Part shown: one piece after another, positions 11,294 to 23,447 of the stretch
Numbering within the stretch: the stretch's first letter is position 1
Layout: every line of letters begins with the position of its first letter
Source of the DNA: Alphaproteobacteria bacterium
GTDB taxonomy: Bacteria; Pseudomonadota; Alphaproteobacteria; TMED109
NCBI GenBank assembly: GCA_029243935.1
Contig: JAQWRB010000031.1
Location: forward strand, 1-63,421
DNA: 63,421 nucleotides
Reading direction: 5' to 3'
Translations under genes and position numbers: made by a program
Notes under the pieces: model-generated
Seen by the model: only the letters and a program-made list of their open reading frames with translations
Databases searched by the model: none
What the model was told of the DNA's origin: nothing

Positions 11294-12238
11294 TTATTTT
11301 CTAGGGTGAGCTAATTTGTGTACTTTGCTTATGGTTGTCATTGTTACAGCCGTATAGCCTTGTGTAGTAGATAAACTGCTATGTCCTAGTAACTCTTGGA
11401 TTGTTCTAAGGTCAACCCCTTTTTCTAGTAAATGAGTTGCAAAACTATGTCTAAGAGCATGGGGTGTTACAGTTTTTGGTAAAGAAAGTTTATTTCTTAT
11501 TTCTTCTATAGTTTTCTGGACTTGACGAGAATTTAGTCTTTTACCTTTTAGTCCTAAAAACAACGGTGAATTCATTTCTTTATTTTTATTTATAATTAAT
11601 AATTGTTTAATTATTATTTTTGCAGATTCTATTAAAGGAATTTCTCTTATTTTTTCACCTTTACCCTTAACTCTTAATATATCCATATTTTTGACATCTA
11701 TTATATTAAGTTGAAGAGCTTCACTTATTCTTAATCCAGCTGCATAAATTAATGTAAAAAGAGTTTTATCTCTTAAACCTGTCCAGTCATTTTTTTCTCC
11801 TGATATTTTTATGATATTTATAACTTCTTTAAATGATAAAGGGCGCGGAATTTGCTTGTTAATTTTTGCTGGCTGTAGAGTAAAGATTATTGTATTCTTT
11901 ACATATTTCTTTTTATTTAAGAATCTAAAGAATGCTTTTATAGCCGCTTTAGATCTAGCCTGACTTTTAGGAGATAAATTATTATTTTTAATTTTTTGAG
12001 ATGATAACCAAGATCTAAAATCTCTTAAAGTTAAGTTTTCTAAATTTTTAATAGAGATTTTATTACCATAATGTTCATTAAGAAATTTTAAAAAATATTT
12101 AAGATCTATAGCATAAGCTTTATAAGTATTTAAACTAAGTAATTGCTCTTCTTTTATGTAAATCAACCATTCGTCACATAAATATGAAACTTCTTTATTC
12201 GCAAATATATTATTATCTATATCTTTTTCTTTTTGCAT
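11294..12238 (-). CDS. tyrosine site-specific recombinase, XerC/XerD family
   Basis: RISE.., HALRHSFATHLL, LLGHSSLSTTQGYT catalytic R-H-R-Y signature. 314 aa. No flanking repeats or att-like context. Confidence 0.85.
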   Translation of the reverse strand: MQKEKDIDNNIFANKEVSYLCDEWLIYIKEEQLLSLNTYKAYAIDLKYFLKFLNEHYGNKISIKNLENLTLRDFRSWLSSQKIKNNNLSPKSQARSKAAIKAFFRFLNKKKYVKNTIIFTLQPAKINKQIPRPLSFKEVINIIKISGEKNDWTGLRDKTLFTLIYAAGLRISEALQLNIIDVKNMDILRVKGKGEKIREIPLIESAKIIIKQLLIINKNKEMNSPLFLGLKGKRLNSRQVQKTIEEIRNKLSLPKTVTPHALRHSFATHLLEKGVDLRTIQELLGHSSLSTTQGYTAVTMTTISKVHKLAHPRK

Positions 12239-12242
12239 TCTT

Positions 12243-12899
12243 CTAAGTTATACTTTGCCCTGTCAGTTTCCAGTCATCTAAGAATGCTTTTAGCCCATTA
12301 TCAGTTAAAGGATGACTGATTAATTGTTTTAATACATTAGGCGGTAGTGTTACAACATCAGCACCAATTTTAGCAGCATCTATTACATGATTTGTATTTC
12401 TTATACTTGCTACAAGTATTTCAGTATTTAAATTAGGGTAGTTTGTATATATTTCACATATATCAGAAATAAGGTCCATTCCATTTAATCCAATATCATC
12501 TAATCTACCAACAAACGGAGATATAAATGTGGCACCTGCTTTTGCAGCTAAAAGAGCCTGACTGGCAGAAAAACATAATGTTACATTTACTAAAACGTCA
12601 TCATTTCTTAAGGTGCGACAGGCTTTTAGACCATCCCATGTTAATGGAACTTTTATAGTAACATTTTTAGCTATAGCTTTTAATACCTCAGCTTCTTTTA
12701 GCATTTCTTCATAGTTAGTTGCAGCTACTTCCGCAGATACTGGTCCCGGGACGATATCACAAATTTCAGCAATAACTTCATTTATATTTCTACCAGATTT
12801 TTTAATCAGAGAAGGATTAGTTGTTACTCCATCTAATAAACCACTTGATGATAGCTCTTTAATTTCAGAAACATCAGCTGTATCAATAAAAAACTTCAA
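12243..12899 (-). CDS. tal: transaldolase (short, Fsa/TalC-type)
   Basis: [17 protein letters not shown]-terminus, Schiff-base Lys context VTIKVPLT. 218 aa. Confidence 0.9.
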   Translation of the reverse strand: MKFFIDTADVSEIKELSSSGLLDGVTTNPSLIKKSGRNINEVIAEICDIVPGPVSAEVAATNYEEMLKEAEVLKAIAKNVTIKVPLTWDGLKACRTLRNDDVLVNVTLCFSASQALLAAKAGATFISPFVGRLDDIGLNGMDLISDICEIYTNYPNLNTEILVASIRNTNHVIDAAKIGADVVTLPPNVLKQLISHPLTDNGLKAFLDDWKLTGQSIT

Positions 12900-13198
12900 T
12901 TTAACCTCCTAGTAAATAAAATAAATTTATATAATGTAATATTTATAGTTTAAATATAGTTAAATTAAAACCTATGATTTAATGAATATCAAAGGATAAA
13001 GTTATTTTTATTAAAAATGTAGATAAACAACTAGAAATTTCGTGTAAGGTAATTATTATTTCTCCTGGTAAAGGAATTTATGATTATAAAATAAATGGAA
13101 GCATTTCTATTGGGCAGATTGTTTCTGTACCTCTAAGAAAAAAAATATATATAGGCATTGTAATAGCCAAAGGCTCTAATAGTTTTCCTCAATTCAAA

Positions 13199-15193
13199 TT
13201 GAAAGACATAATAGAAATATATAAATTACCTTTAATTTCTAAAGAGTTATTAAACTTTTGTTATTGGTTATCCAATTGGTATATGAGTGATTTATCACAA
13301 GTTTTAAAAATGGTAATACCTGCTGCAAATTTTTTAAGTATAGTAAAAGGTAAGACGATTCTTAAAATTAATAATAAATCTAATATGGCAATAACAGTTT
13401 TAGGTAAAAAAGTATTAGACCATTTAAAAAAAAATCCTAGTTTGACATTAAGAGAATGCAGTAAAGAAGTAAAAGTTAGTTATGCAGTTATAAAGAAACT
13501 TATATTAGATCAAGTTTTGTTGACTGATAGTTATAATGAAATAAAAAATAATAAAATTATAAAAGAAAATATTCCTAAACTAAATCAACATCAGTTGGAT
13601 GCTGTAAAAACAATTAAAAATTTAGCTAGTAAAAAGCATAATAATATTTTTCTTCTAGATGGTGTTACGGGTTCTGGAAAAACAGAAATATATCTAGATT
13701 TAATTTCAGATGAAATTAAGTATGGAAGGCAAAGTTTAGTGCTTTTACCAGAAATTGCTTTAAGCAAACAGTTTATTGATCGTTTTGAGAAACGTTTTAA
13801 TTTTATTCCAGCTATATGGCATTCCGCAATACCTAATAAAGAGAAGCGTATAACTTGGCAAAAAGTTATTAATGGAGAAATAAAAATAGTAATTGGTGCA
13901 AGAAGTGCGCTTTTTTTGCCTTTTTCTAGCTTATCTTTAATAGTTGTAGATGAAGAGCATGATACATCATACAAGCAGGAAGATGGTATTATTTATAATG
14001 CTAGAGATATGGCGGTAGTAAGAGGAAATTTATCTAATGCAAAAGTTATTTTGGCTTCAGCTACACCATCTTTAGAATCAATACATAATACAAATATAGG
14101 TAAATATTATAGAATTAGATTACCAGAACGCTTTGGTTCTGCAGTCATGCCACGAATTAAAATTATAGATATGCGAAAAGAAAAATTGTTATCTAATCAA
14201 TGGATTGCGGATGAATCTAAGGAGGCTATAAAAAAAGCTTTAAATGAGAAAGAGCAAGTTCTGTTATATATTAATAGAAGAGGCTTTGCGCCATTAACTT
14301 TGTGTAGATCATGTGGCTATAGATTTCAGTGTATTAATTGCTCTTCTTGGTTAGTAAATCATAAAGTAATTAATAAATTGTTATGTCATTATTGTGGATA
14401 TAAAGAAGATATTGAGGAGGAATGTCCTAATTGTGAATCTAAAAAAGAATTTGCTCCATGTGGTCCAGGAGTAGAAAGACTAGCAGCTGAAGCAAAGGCA
14501 CTTTTTCCTGCAGCCAGATTGAAAATGATAGCTAGTGACACGGTAGATTACTCTTTGAAAACAGAAAATATTTTTAATACAATAGCTTTAGGTAATGTTG
14601 ATATAATTGTAGGAACACAATTAGTAGCTAAAGGACATCATTTTCCTAATTTAACAACAGTTATAGCAATTGATGCTGACATAGGACTTTCAGGAGGAGA
14701 TTTGAGGGCTTCAGAGAGAACATTTCAAATGCTAACACAATTAACAGGAAGAGCGGGAAGGGAAAAGAAAAAAGGTAATGCATATATTCAAAGTTATGAC
14801 CCAAAGCATTCAGTAATGGAAGCAATGCAAACAGGAAGTATTAAAAATTTTATAACAGTTGAGGCAGATGGAAGAAAAAATAGAAGTTTGCCTCCATATG
14901 GTCGTTTAGGGTCATTAATAATACAGTCTTCTAATTTAGATATTTTAGAAAAATTTGTTCAAAATCTATCTTCCAAAGTACCAAAGTTTCATAAAGATAA
15001 GGATCGAATCGACATATTGGGGCCGGCTCCTGCACCAATAGCTAAATTACGTGGTTTGTATAGGTACCGCTTTCTTATTAAAGGTAAAGGTGATGTGCGT
15101 ATTCAGTCTTTTATTAAAGAATGGCTTTTAAATATAAAGATTGATAAGGGTGTTCGCATTAAAATTGATATAGACCCTTATAATTTCTTATAA
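13199..15193 (+). CDS. priA: primosomal replication restart helicase PriA
   Basis: Walker A DGVTGSGKTE, VVDEEHD box, Cys-rich zinc-binding insert (CRSCGY..CINC..CHYCG). Coordinates follow the first canonical start (TTG). The conserved N-terminal domain continues in frame upstream to 12986 (see findings). Confidence 0.9.
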   Translation: MKDIIEIYKLPLISKELLNFCYWLSNWYMSDLSQVLKMVIPAANFLSIVKGKTILKINNKSNMAITVLGKKVLDHLKKNPSLTLRECSKEVKVSYAVIKKLILDQVLLTDSYNEIKNNKIIKENIPKLNQHQLDAVKTIKNLASKKHNNIFLLDGVTGSGKTEIYLDLISDEIKYGRQSLVLLPEIALSKQFIDRFEKRFNFIPAIWHSAIPNKEKRITWQKVINGEIKIVIGARSALFLPFSSLSLIVVDEEHDTSYKQEDGIIYNARDMAVVRGNLSNAKVILASATPSLESIHNTNIGKYYRIRLPERFGSAVMPRIKIIDMRKEKLLSNQWIADESKEAIKKALNEKEQVLLYINRRGFAPLTLCRSCGYRFQCINCSSWLVNHKVINKLLCHYCGYKEDIEEECPNCESKKEFAPCGPGVERLAAEAKALFPAARLKMIASDTVDYSLKTENIFNTIALGNVDIIVGTQLVAKGHHFPNLTTVIAIDADIGLSGGDLRASERTFQMLTQLTGRAGREKKKGNAYIQSYDPKHSVMEAMQTGSIKNFITVEADGRKNRSLPPYGRLGSLIIQSSNLDILEKFVQNLSSKVPKFHKDKDRIDILGPAPAPIAKLRGLYRYRFLIKGKGDVRIQSFIKEWLLNIKIDKGVRIKIDIDPYNFL

Positions 15194-15308
15194 TAAATGT
15201 ATTAAACAGTAATCTTCTATTGCACATATTTAAAAGCTGTGTTACCTAAATTCGCAAGCATTTTTTATAAATAATTACTAAAGAATTGGTATTTTGGGGT
15301 CTATATAA

Positions 15309-15869
15309 TTGGCTAATGATTCAAAAAATATTGGAAGTATAGTAGAGAGATATTCTAAGGCTCTTCTAGAGCTCGCTATTGAGAATAAATCTTTAGATAT
15401 GATTCATAATGATGTAGTGAAGATTATAGATATATTAGAATCAAGTAACGAGTTTAATAGAGTTATAAAATCACCTATAATATCAAGAGATGATCAAAGT
15501 CTTGTTATAAATTCAATATTAAATAAGATTTCTGCAAGTGAGACAGTAATTAAGTTTTTTGCAGTTATATCTGGTAATAGGAGATCTTTTATTATTGATA
15601 GAATATGCTATAGATTTTTAGAAATGGAAGTTAAGCATAAAGGAGAAATCAGGGCTGAGTTATTAAGTACTGAAACTCCATCTGAGGATGATCTAAAGAA
15701 AATTGAACAAATAATTAAAAAATCTATGGGCGCTGATGTGAGTTTAATATCTAAAGTGGATGCCACTATAATTGGAGGATATATTTTAAATATTGGTTCA
15801 GTTATGTTGGATGGTTCGGTAAGATCTAAATTACAAGGACTCAAAGTATCTATGAAAGGGATTAAATAA
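15309..15869 (+). CDS. atpH: F1 ATP synthase delta (OSCP) subunit
   Basis: 186 aa, OSCP-like sequence. First gene of the atpHAGDC order. TTG start. Confidence 0.85.
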   Translation: MANDSKNIGSIVERYSKALLELAIENKSLDMIHNDVVKIIDILESSNEFNRVIKSPIISRDDQSLVINSILNKISASETVIKFFAVISGNRRSFIIDRICYRFLEMEVKHKGEIRAELLSTETPSEDDLKKIEQIIKKSMGADVSLISKVDATIIGGYILNIGSVMLDGSVRSKLQGLKVSMKGIK

Positions 15870-17396
15870 ATGAAACTTAATGCTGCAGAAATCTCATCTA
15901 TTATAAAAGAGCAAATAGAAAAATATGGAACAGAAGCGGAAGTGGCAGAAGTTGGTCAAGTTTTATCAGTTGGTGACGGTATAGCTAGAGTTTATGGATT
16001 AGATAATGTTCAGGCTGGAGAAATGGTTGAGTTTCCAGGTGGTGTTTCTGGGATGGCTTTAAATCTTGAAGCGGATAATGTAGGTGTAGTTATCTTTGGA
16101 GATGACCGAGGAATTAAAGAAGGCGATACTGTAAAGAGAACTGGAAGTATTGTCGATGCGCCAGTTGGAAAAGCATTATTAGGAAGAGTAGTAGATGCTC
16201 TAGGAAACCCAATTGATGGTAAAGGTGAGATTAAAACTTCTGAAAGAAGTATTGTAGATGTAAGAGCGCCAGGAATTATTCCAAGAAAATCTGTTCATGA
16301 ACCAGTTCAAACTGGTTTAAAAGCCATTGATTCTCTTGTGCCTGTGGGAAGAGGTCAGAGAGAATTAATAATCGGAGATAGACAAACAGGAAAAACTGCG
16401 GTTGCCATTGATACAATTTTAAATCAAAAACAAATTAATGATGGTGATGATGAAAGTAAAAAATTATATTGTGTTTATGTGGCTATTGGTCAGAAACGGT
16501 CAACTGTAGCTCAAATAGTAAAAGAGTTGGATGAGAGAGGTGCTTTAGCATACACTGTGGTTGTTGCAGCCACTGCATCGGAACCAGCTCCTCTTCAATA
16601 TTTAGCGCCTTATACAGGTTCTGCAATTGGGGAGTGGTTTAGAGACAATAAGATGCACTCGTTAATTATTTATGATGATTTATCCAAACAAGCTGTAGCA
16701 TACAGGCAAATGTCTTTATTATTAAGAAGGCCTCCAGGAAGAGAAGCTTATCCTGGTGATGTGTTCTACCTGCATTCACGTTTATTAGAACGTTCTGCAA
16801 AGTTAAATGATGCAAATGGTTCGGGTTCAATGACGGCCTTACCAATCATTGAGACACAAGGTGGAGATGTTTCTGCTTATATACCTACAAATGTTATTTC
16901 TATTACAGATGGACAAATATTTTTAGAAACTGATCTTTTTTATCAAGGTGTTAGGCCTGCGATTAATGTAGGTCTATCTGTAAGTCGTGTGGGTTCATCT
17001 GCTCAAATTAAAGCTATGAAGCAAGTTGCGGGCTCTATTAAGCTAGAATTAGCTCAATATAGAGAGATGGCGGCTTTTGCACAGTTTGGTTCAGATTTAG
17101 ATACTGCAACTCAGCAATTATTAGCTAGAGGTGCAAGATTAACAGAATTATTAAAGCAAGGGCAATATGCTCCTTTATCAGTAGAAGAACAAGTTGTTGT
17201 AATTTTTGCAGGGGTTAGAGGTTTTTTAGATAAGATAGAAATATCAGATATTGCAAAATTTGAAGAAGCTTTATTAAATAATCTTAGAAGCTCTAAAACT
17301 CTGTTAGCAACAATTAAAGAAAAAGCGGCTTTAGATGAAGATATTGAAAAATCTATTACGACTTTAATAGATGAAGTTATTAAAGATTTTATATAA
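15870..17396 (+). CDS. atpA: F1 ATP synthase alpha subunit
   Basis: GDRQTGKT P-loop and high overall family likeness. 508 aa. Confidence 0.97.
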   Translation: MKLNAAEISSIIKEQIEKYGTEAEVAEVGQVLSVGDGIARVYGLDNVQAGEMVEFPGGVSGMALNLEADNVGVVIFGDDRGIKEGDTVKRTGSIVDAPVGKALLGRVVDALGNPIDGKGEIKTSERSIVDVRAPGIIPRKSVHEPVQTGLKAIDSLVPVGRGQRELIIGDRQTGKTAVAIDTILNQKQINDGDDESKKLYCVYVAIGQKRSTVAQIVKELDERGALAYTVVVAATASEPAPLQYLAPYTGSAIGEWFRDNKMHSLIIYDDLSKQAVAYRQMSLLLRRPPGREAYPGDVFYLHSRLLERSAKLNDANGSGSMTALPIIETQGGDVSAYIPTNVISITDGQIFLETDLFYQGVRPAINVGLSVSRVGSSAQIKAMKQVAGSIKLELAQYREMAAFAQFGSDLDTATQQLLARGARLTELLKQGQYAPLSVEEQVVVIFAGVRGFLDKIEISDIAKFEEALLNNLRSSKTLLATIKEKAALDEDIEKSITTLIDEVIKDFI

Positions 17397-17415
17397 GAAC
17401 GATTGATATTTAATT

Positions 17416-18297
17416 ATGAGTAATCTTAAAGAATTAAAAAATAAAATAGATAGTGTAAAGTCTACTAGGAAAATAACGCAAGCTATGAAAATGGTGGCGG
17501 CATCTAAGTTAAGGCGTGCTCAGGAAAGTGCCGAGTCTGCAAGGCCTTATTCTGATAAAATTTCTAAAATTATGTCATCATTAGCATTAGGTATGAAAGA
17601 TAGTGATGTTTCTTTAGATTTATTATTAGGGAATAAAGATAATAATGCTCATATAATTATTGCAGTTACTTCGGATAGAGGGTTATGTGGAGGGTTTAAT
17701 TCTTCTATTATTAGAGCAGTTAAAACTAAAGCTAAACAGTTAATGGAGGAAAATTCTGAATTTAAAATTATATGTATAGGTAAAAAAGGAACCGATGTCT
17801 TAAAAGGGCTTTTTGGAGATAAGATTATTATATCATCTACTATTAATGATAAAAACTCTTTTTCATTAGCTGAGGATATATCTTCTGAGCTTGTAGGTAA
17901 ATTAGATGGTAAAGAATTTGGGACATGTTCAGTAATTTATAATAAATTTCAATCAATTATTTCTCAAATAGTAAGTGAACAGTCATTAATTCCATGTAGT
18001 ATTGATATGGATGAGAGTGAAAATACACAAGATAATGATATGATAAGTTTTGAATTTGAGCCTGATGAAAAAGAAATTTTATCAGATTTGCTTCCAAAAA
18101 ATCTTGCCATCCAAATATATAAAGCAATTTTAGAAAGTGGAGCAGGTGAGCAAGGCGCAAGAATGGCAGCAATGGATAATGCTACAAGAAATGCTGGAGA
18201 AATGATTGATAAACTTAATTTATCCTATAATAGGCAAAGACAAGCAATAATTACGGGAGAGTTAATAGAAATTATTTCAGGAGCAGAGGCTTTATAA
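17416..18297 (+). CDS. atpG: F1 ATP synthase gamma subunit
   Basis: KITQAMKMVAASKLRRAQ N-terminus and conserved C-terminal helix ITGELIEIISGAEAL. Confidence 0.95.
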   Translation: MSNLKELKNKIDSVKSTRKITQAMKMVAASKLRRAQESAESARPYSDKISKIMSSLALGMKDSDVSLDLLLGNKDNNAHIIIAVTSDRGLCGGFNSSIIRAVKTKAKQLMEENSEFKIICIGKKGTDVLKGLFGDKIIISSTINDKNSFSLAEDISSELVGKLDGKEFGTCSVIYNKFQSIISQIVSEQSLIPCSIDMDESENTQDNDMISFEFEPDEKEILSDLLPKNLAIQIYKAILESGAGEQGARMAAMDNATRNAGEMIDKLNLSYNRQRQAIITGELIEIISGAEAL

Positions 18298-19755
<1,458 letters not shown>

Positions 19756-19771
19756 TTTAGAAAGATTTAAA

Positions 19772-20182
19772 ATGGCCGAAGATGAAAAACTTAATTTGGA
19801 AGTAGTTTCACCAGAGAAACTAGTTATGTCAAAATCAGTTGATATGGTAACTATTTCTGGCACTGAGGGTGATTTTGGAATTCTTCCAGGTCATGCTGCA
19901 ATTATTTCAAGTATAAGACCAGGTCTCCTAGAAATAGAATCTGATAAGGAAATTGAAAAGATGTTTATAAGTGGTGGTTTTATAGAAGTATTGAATGACA
20001 AAGTTTCAATTTTAGCAACAGAGGTAATATTATCTGATGACATAAATATCTCTGAATGTGCAGAAAAAATAAATAAATGCAATGATGAAATTCTAGAATT
20101 AGATAACGAATTAGCTAAAGAATCTATTTTGAAAAGCATTGATAAATATCAAGCAATGATAGAATTTAAAAATATTAACTAA
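19772..20182 (+). CDS. atpC: F1 ATP synthase epsilon subunit
   Basis: 136 aa, last gene of the atp cluster. Has the beta-sandwich N-terminal pattern. Confidence 0.9.
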   Translation: MAEDEKLNLEVVSPEKLVMSKSVDMVTISGTEGDFGILPGHAAIISSIRPGLLEIESDKEIEKMFISGGFIEVLNDKVSILATEVILSDDINISECAEKINKCNDEILELDNELAKESILKSIDKYQAMIEFKNIN

Positions 20183-20184
20183 TT

Positions 20185-20664
20185 TTATTCTTTTTTTATA
20201 TCAGCTTCAAATTTTTTAAAAACAGTTTTATAAACACTTCTTCTAAAATTTGTAACATTATCTTGTACATATTTTTTATCTGCCCATTTCCACTTACTAA
20301 ATTCTGGATGTTTATATGAATTAATATTAACTTCAGAGTCATCACCAAAAAAATAAAACAAAAACCATTTTTGCATTTGTCCTACAAATTTACCATCCCA
20401 TTTATTTTTTGCTATATCTTCAGGTAATTTATATTTTATCCATCTATTAGCTGAGGAAATATATTTAATGCTTTTAATACCAGTTTCTTCATGTGTTTCT
20501 CTAATGGCAGCTTTTAATGGAGTTTCATTTATATCGATACCACCCTGTGGCATTTGCCAAGTGCATTGTTTTATAATATCAGATCTTTTACCAATCCATA
20601 TATTAGCATCTTTATTAAATATAACTATACCAACATTTAGTCTATAGTTTTCATCCTTAGACAT
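20185..20664 (-). CDS. rppH: NUDIX hydrolase, RNA pyrophosphohydrolase-like
   Basis: Nudix box GGIDINETPLKAAIRETHEETGI. 159 aa. Conserved neighbour of ctpA in alphaproteobacteria. Confidence 0.8.
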   Translation of the reverse strand: MSKDENYRLNVGIVIFNKDANIWIGKRSDIIKQCTWQMPQGGIDINETPLKAAIRETHEETGIKSIKYISSANRWIKYKLPEDIAKNKWDGKFVGQMQKWFLFYFFGDDSEVNINSYKHPEFSKWKWADKKYVQDNVTNFRRSVYKTVFKKFEADIKKE

Positions 20665-21955
20665 TATTTTTTTTATAAAGTGATATGCCTTCTAATAAAT
20701 CTATAGCTCTATTTAGTTGGTAATCAATTTTTTTGTCCTTAACCTCAGCAATACTTTTTTCTTTTTTAATTTTTTCTAGATTTGCGTTGCCTTCAGTAGG
20801 GTTTTCTAAATGACCTTTTAAGTCACTTTCTTTTCTATTAGAGAATTGTTCTAACTCTTCTATTTTTGCCTGATTAACTATAATATCAGGAACAATACCC
20901 TTAGCCTGAATGGAGTTGCCAGAAGGAGTATAGTATCTAGCAGTCGTAAGTCTCATCGCTGAATCTCTTTGCACAGGTATAATAGTTTGAACAGAACCTT
21001 TGCCAAATGAAGTGGTACCCATAATAATCGCCCGTCTATGATCTTGTAATGCTCCAGCAACAATTTCTGATGCTGATGCAGAACCACCATTGATAAGAAT
21101 AACAACTGGTAGTCCATCAGAAATATCACCCGATGTAGCACTAAACTTTTGTTGTCCTCTTTGCTTTCTTCCTCTAGTAGATACTATTTCACCTCTATCT
21201 AAAAAAGCGTCAGATACTGCAACTGCCTGATTTAATAATCCACCAGGATTATTTCTTAAATCTAAAATTACACCTGTAATATTTTCTCCTATTTCTTCTT
21301 TTAATTTTTTCATATTTTTTAAAAGGCCAGATTGAGTTTTTTCATTAAAAGAAGTGATTCTTAAATATGCAGCATTACCTTCTCTTCGGGCTTTTACTGA
21401 TTGAACTTTAATTCTGTCTCTAATAATTTTGATATCAAATGGTTCTTCTTCTCCTCTACTAATCTTAATTGTGATCTCAGTATTAACTAAACCACGCATC
21501 ATATCGACTGCATCTCCTAAGCTCATTCCATATACTGACACTCCATCAATCTCTATTATATAGTCTCCTGCTTGCACACCTGCTTCATAGGCGGGTGTAT
21601 CATCTATGGGTGAAACAACTTTAACAAAGCCATCTTCCATAGAAACTTCAATACCTAGCCCTCCAAATTCTCCTTTAGTTTGAACTAGCATGTCATCAAA
21701 TGTTTCTGAATTCATAAAAGATGAATGTGGATCAAGAGATTGAAGCATACCTTGAATTGCTGCCTCTATTAATTCTTTATCTGAAACTTCTTCAACATAC
21801 TCTCTTCTAACTCTTTCATATACTTCTCCAAACATATTTAATTGTTTATATACATTAGTATTTTTTTCTTCAGCATTAACATTAAAGCTAAATAATACTA
21901 AAATAATTATTGAAAAAGCACATATATTAAGTTTTCTTATGTTTAAACATTTCAT
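20657..21955 (-). CDS. ctpA: carboxy-terminal processing protease (S41)
   Basis: Signal peptide, PDZ segment, GGSASASEI and FGKGSVQ (Ser/Lys dyad) motifs. Confidence 0.9.
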   Translation of the reverse strand: MKCLNIRKLNICAFSIIILVLFSFNVNAEEKNTNVYKQLNMFGEVYERVRREYVEEVSDKELIEAAIQGMLQSLDPHSSFMNSETFDDMLVQTKGEFGGLGIEVSMEDGFVKVVSPIDDTPAYEAGVQAGDYIIEIDGVSVYGMSLGDAVDMMRGLVNTEITIKISRGEEEPFDIKIIRDRIKVQSVKARREGNAAYLRITSFNEKTQSGLLKNMKKLKEEIGENITGVILDLRNNPGGLLNQAVAVSDAFLDRGEIVSTRGRKQRGQQKFSATSGDISDGLPVVILINGGSASASEIVAGALQDHRRAIIMGTTSFGKGSVQTIIPVQRDSAMRLTTARYYTPSGNSIQAKGIVPDIIVNQAKIEELEQFSNRKESDLKGHLENPTEGNANLEKIKKEKSIAEVKDKKIDYQLNRAIDLLEGISLYKKNNV

Positions 21956-21970
21956 TGTAACCCACCTTTA

Positions 21971-22414
21971 CTATTCTTTAATTAACCATTTTATAGGGTT
22001 AATTGGTTTTCCCTTTGACCTTACCTATACGTAAAGTTCAGAAGGATTAGATTTTATTGTTTTAATTTCACCTATATTTTTTCCAAAACTAACCTTAGAT
22101 CCTATTTTATAGTATATCTCATCTAGCCCTGAAAGTATAACATGAAATCCAAACCCAGAATCAATAATTAACATATTCTTATAACCTTTAAAATAATTTG
22201 CAAATACTACTTTTCCTGATACTGGAGAAATAATGGCTGTTTGTTTTTTAAATTCATATATTACTCCCTTAGGTTTTCTATTATTTGTAAATGGTAATAT
22301 TAATTTTTTTTTAATAACTTTAAAATTTTCTAATTCACTAATGTATTGCTTCTCATTAGTTTCTTCTAGGCCATAAGTATTGTATGGATGTAAAAAACAC
22401 GATAAATAATATAA
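21971..22414 (-). pseudogene. truncated, TAG-interrupted LytM/M23-domain (EnvC-like) gene remnant
   Basis: My translation gives ..SPVSGKVVFANYFKGYKNMLIIDSGFGFHVILSGLDEIYYKIGSKVSFGKNIGEI..SELYV-TAG-VRSKGKPINPIKWLIKE. This is the M23 fold pattern with degenerate metal ligands. No canonical start codon, in-frame TAG at 22025-22027, and only about 148 codons. Confidence 0.6.
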
Positions 22415-22456
22415 TTATTTTTAATTTATAATTACGACTTAGATCAATATTAATTT

Positions 22457-22807
22457 TTATAAATTCTCTTCCATGGCTTTATCTTTAGGAGCGAGCCACA
22501 TTTTATCTAAATTATAAAAATCTCTTACTTCTGGTCTAAATAAGTGCACTATTACATCTCCTGCATCAACTAATACCCAGTCCCCACTTCTTTGTCCTTC
22601 TATAGAAAATATTTGATAGCCTAATGTTTTAAGTTTTGAAGAGACTTGATTAGATAGAGCACTTACATGTCTGGTAGAACTTCCATTAGCTATTATCATA
22701 TAATCTGCAATTGATGACTTACCTTTTAATGGAATAGATATGATATCTTCTGCCTTACCATCATTAAGTATTTTTTCTATGCTATTATTTAACTTTTTAT
22801 TCTCCAT
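22457..22807 (-). CDS. rsfS: ribosomal silencing factor RsfS (iojap)
   Basis: 116 aa, DWVLVDAGDVIVHLF motif. Downstream of nadD as usual. Confidence 0.9.
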   Translation of the reverse strand: MENKKLNNSIEKILNDGKAEDIISIPLKGKSSIADYMIIANGSSTRHVSALSNQVSSKLKTLGYQIFSIEGQRSGDWVLVDAGDVIVHLFRPEVRDFYNLDKMWLAPKDKAMEENL

Positions 22808-22812
22808 AATAG

Positions 22813-23385
22813 TTATTTTTCCTGTCTGTTATTATTTTGCATTCTTAACATGGTTGATGATAATGGATTTTTATTAATATGAAGAAATTGCCAAACTGGC
22901 AGAGGTTTTTTAAAAATAGATTTAGAATCCTTAGTTTTATGTAGCTTTGAAAAATAGTATTTTCCTGCAATAGAATTAATCACGCTATAAGAATAAACCC
23001 CTCTATTAAAAACTGCAATAGGCATTGTATTGAAAATATTTTTCCAATTAAACCATTGATTAATTTCCGTGAGGTTGTCTGCTCCCATTAACCAAATAAA
23101 GTTACTTCCACTGTACCTTTTTATTATATGATTTAAAGTCTTTGATGTTAAATTTGTTTTGAATCTTGTTTCAAGATCTTCTACTCGAATATTATGCCCT
23201 TTTGCAACTGCTCTAGCATTATCCAACCTAATTTTTAATGGAGCACTTATAGACTTTATAGGGTTTTGTGGGCTTACTAACCACCATATTTCATCAAGCT
23301 TTAATTTTTTTAGTGCTTCATTGGAGATATATAAATGGCCTTTATGAGCAGGATTAAAAGAGCCTCCTAATAAGCCAATTCTCAT
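22813..23385 (-). CDS. nadD: nicotinate-nucleotide adenylyltransferase
   Basis: MRIGLLGGSFNPAHKGH (HxGH). The track ORF extends 20 codons further to 23445; the internal Met matches the family N-terminus. Confidence 0.85.
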   Translation of the reverse strand: MRIGLLGGSFNPAHKGHLYISNEALKKLKLDEIWWLVSPQNPIKSISAPLKIRLDNARAVAKGHNIRVEDLETRFKTNLTSKTLNHIIKRYSGSNFIWLMGADNLTEINQWFNWKNIFNTMPIAVFNRGVYSYSVINSIAGKYYFSKLHKTKDSKSIFKKPLPVWQFLHINKNPLSSTMLRMQNNNRQEK

Positions 23386-23447
23386 TTTTCTTCTCTTGGT
23401 TAAACCAATAGATTTATAATAACACAATTTTTTATTTATAGACAAAC

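Noticed and set aside
11294-12238. Tyrosine recombinase as a marker of an integrated mobile element
   Set aside because: It has XerC/D-type motifs and size and is embedded between lpdA and tal with 5-nt spacers. There are no tRNA, direct repeats, phage or transposase genes nearby.
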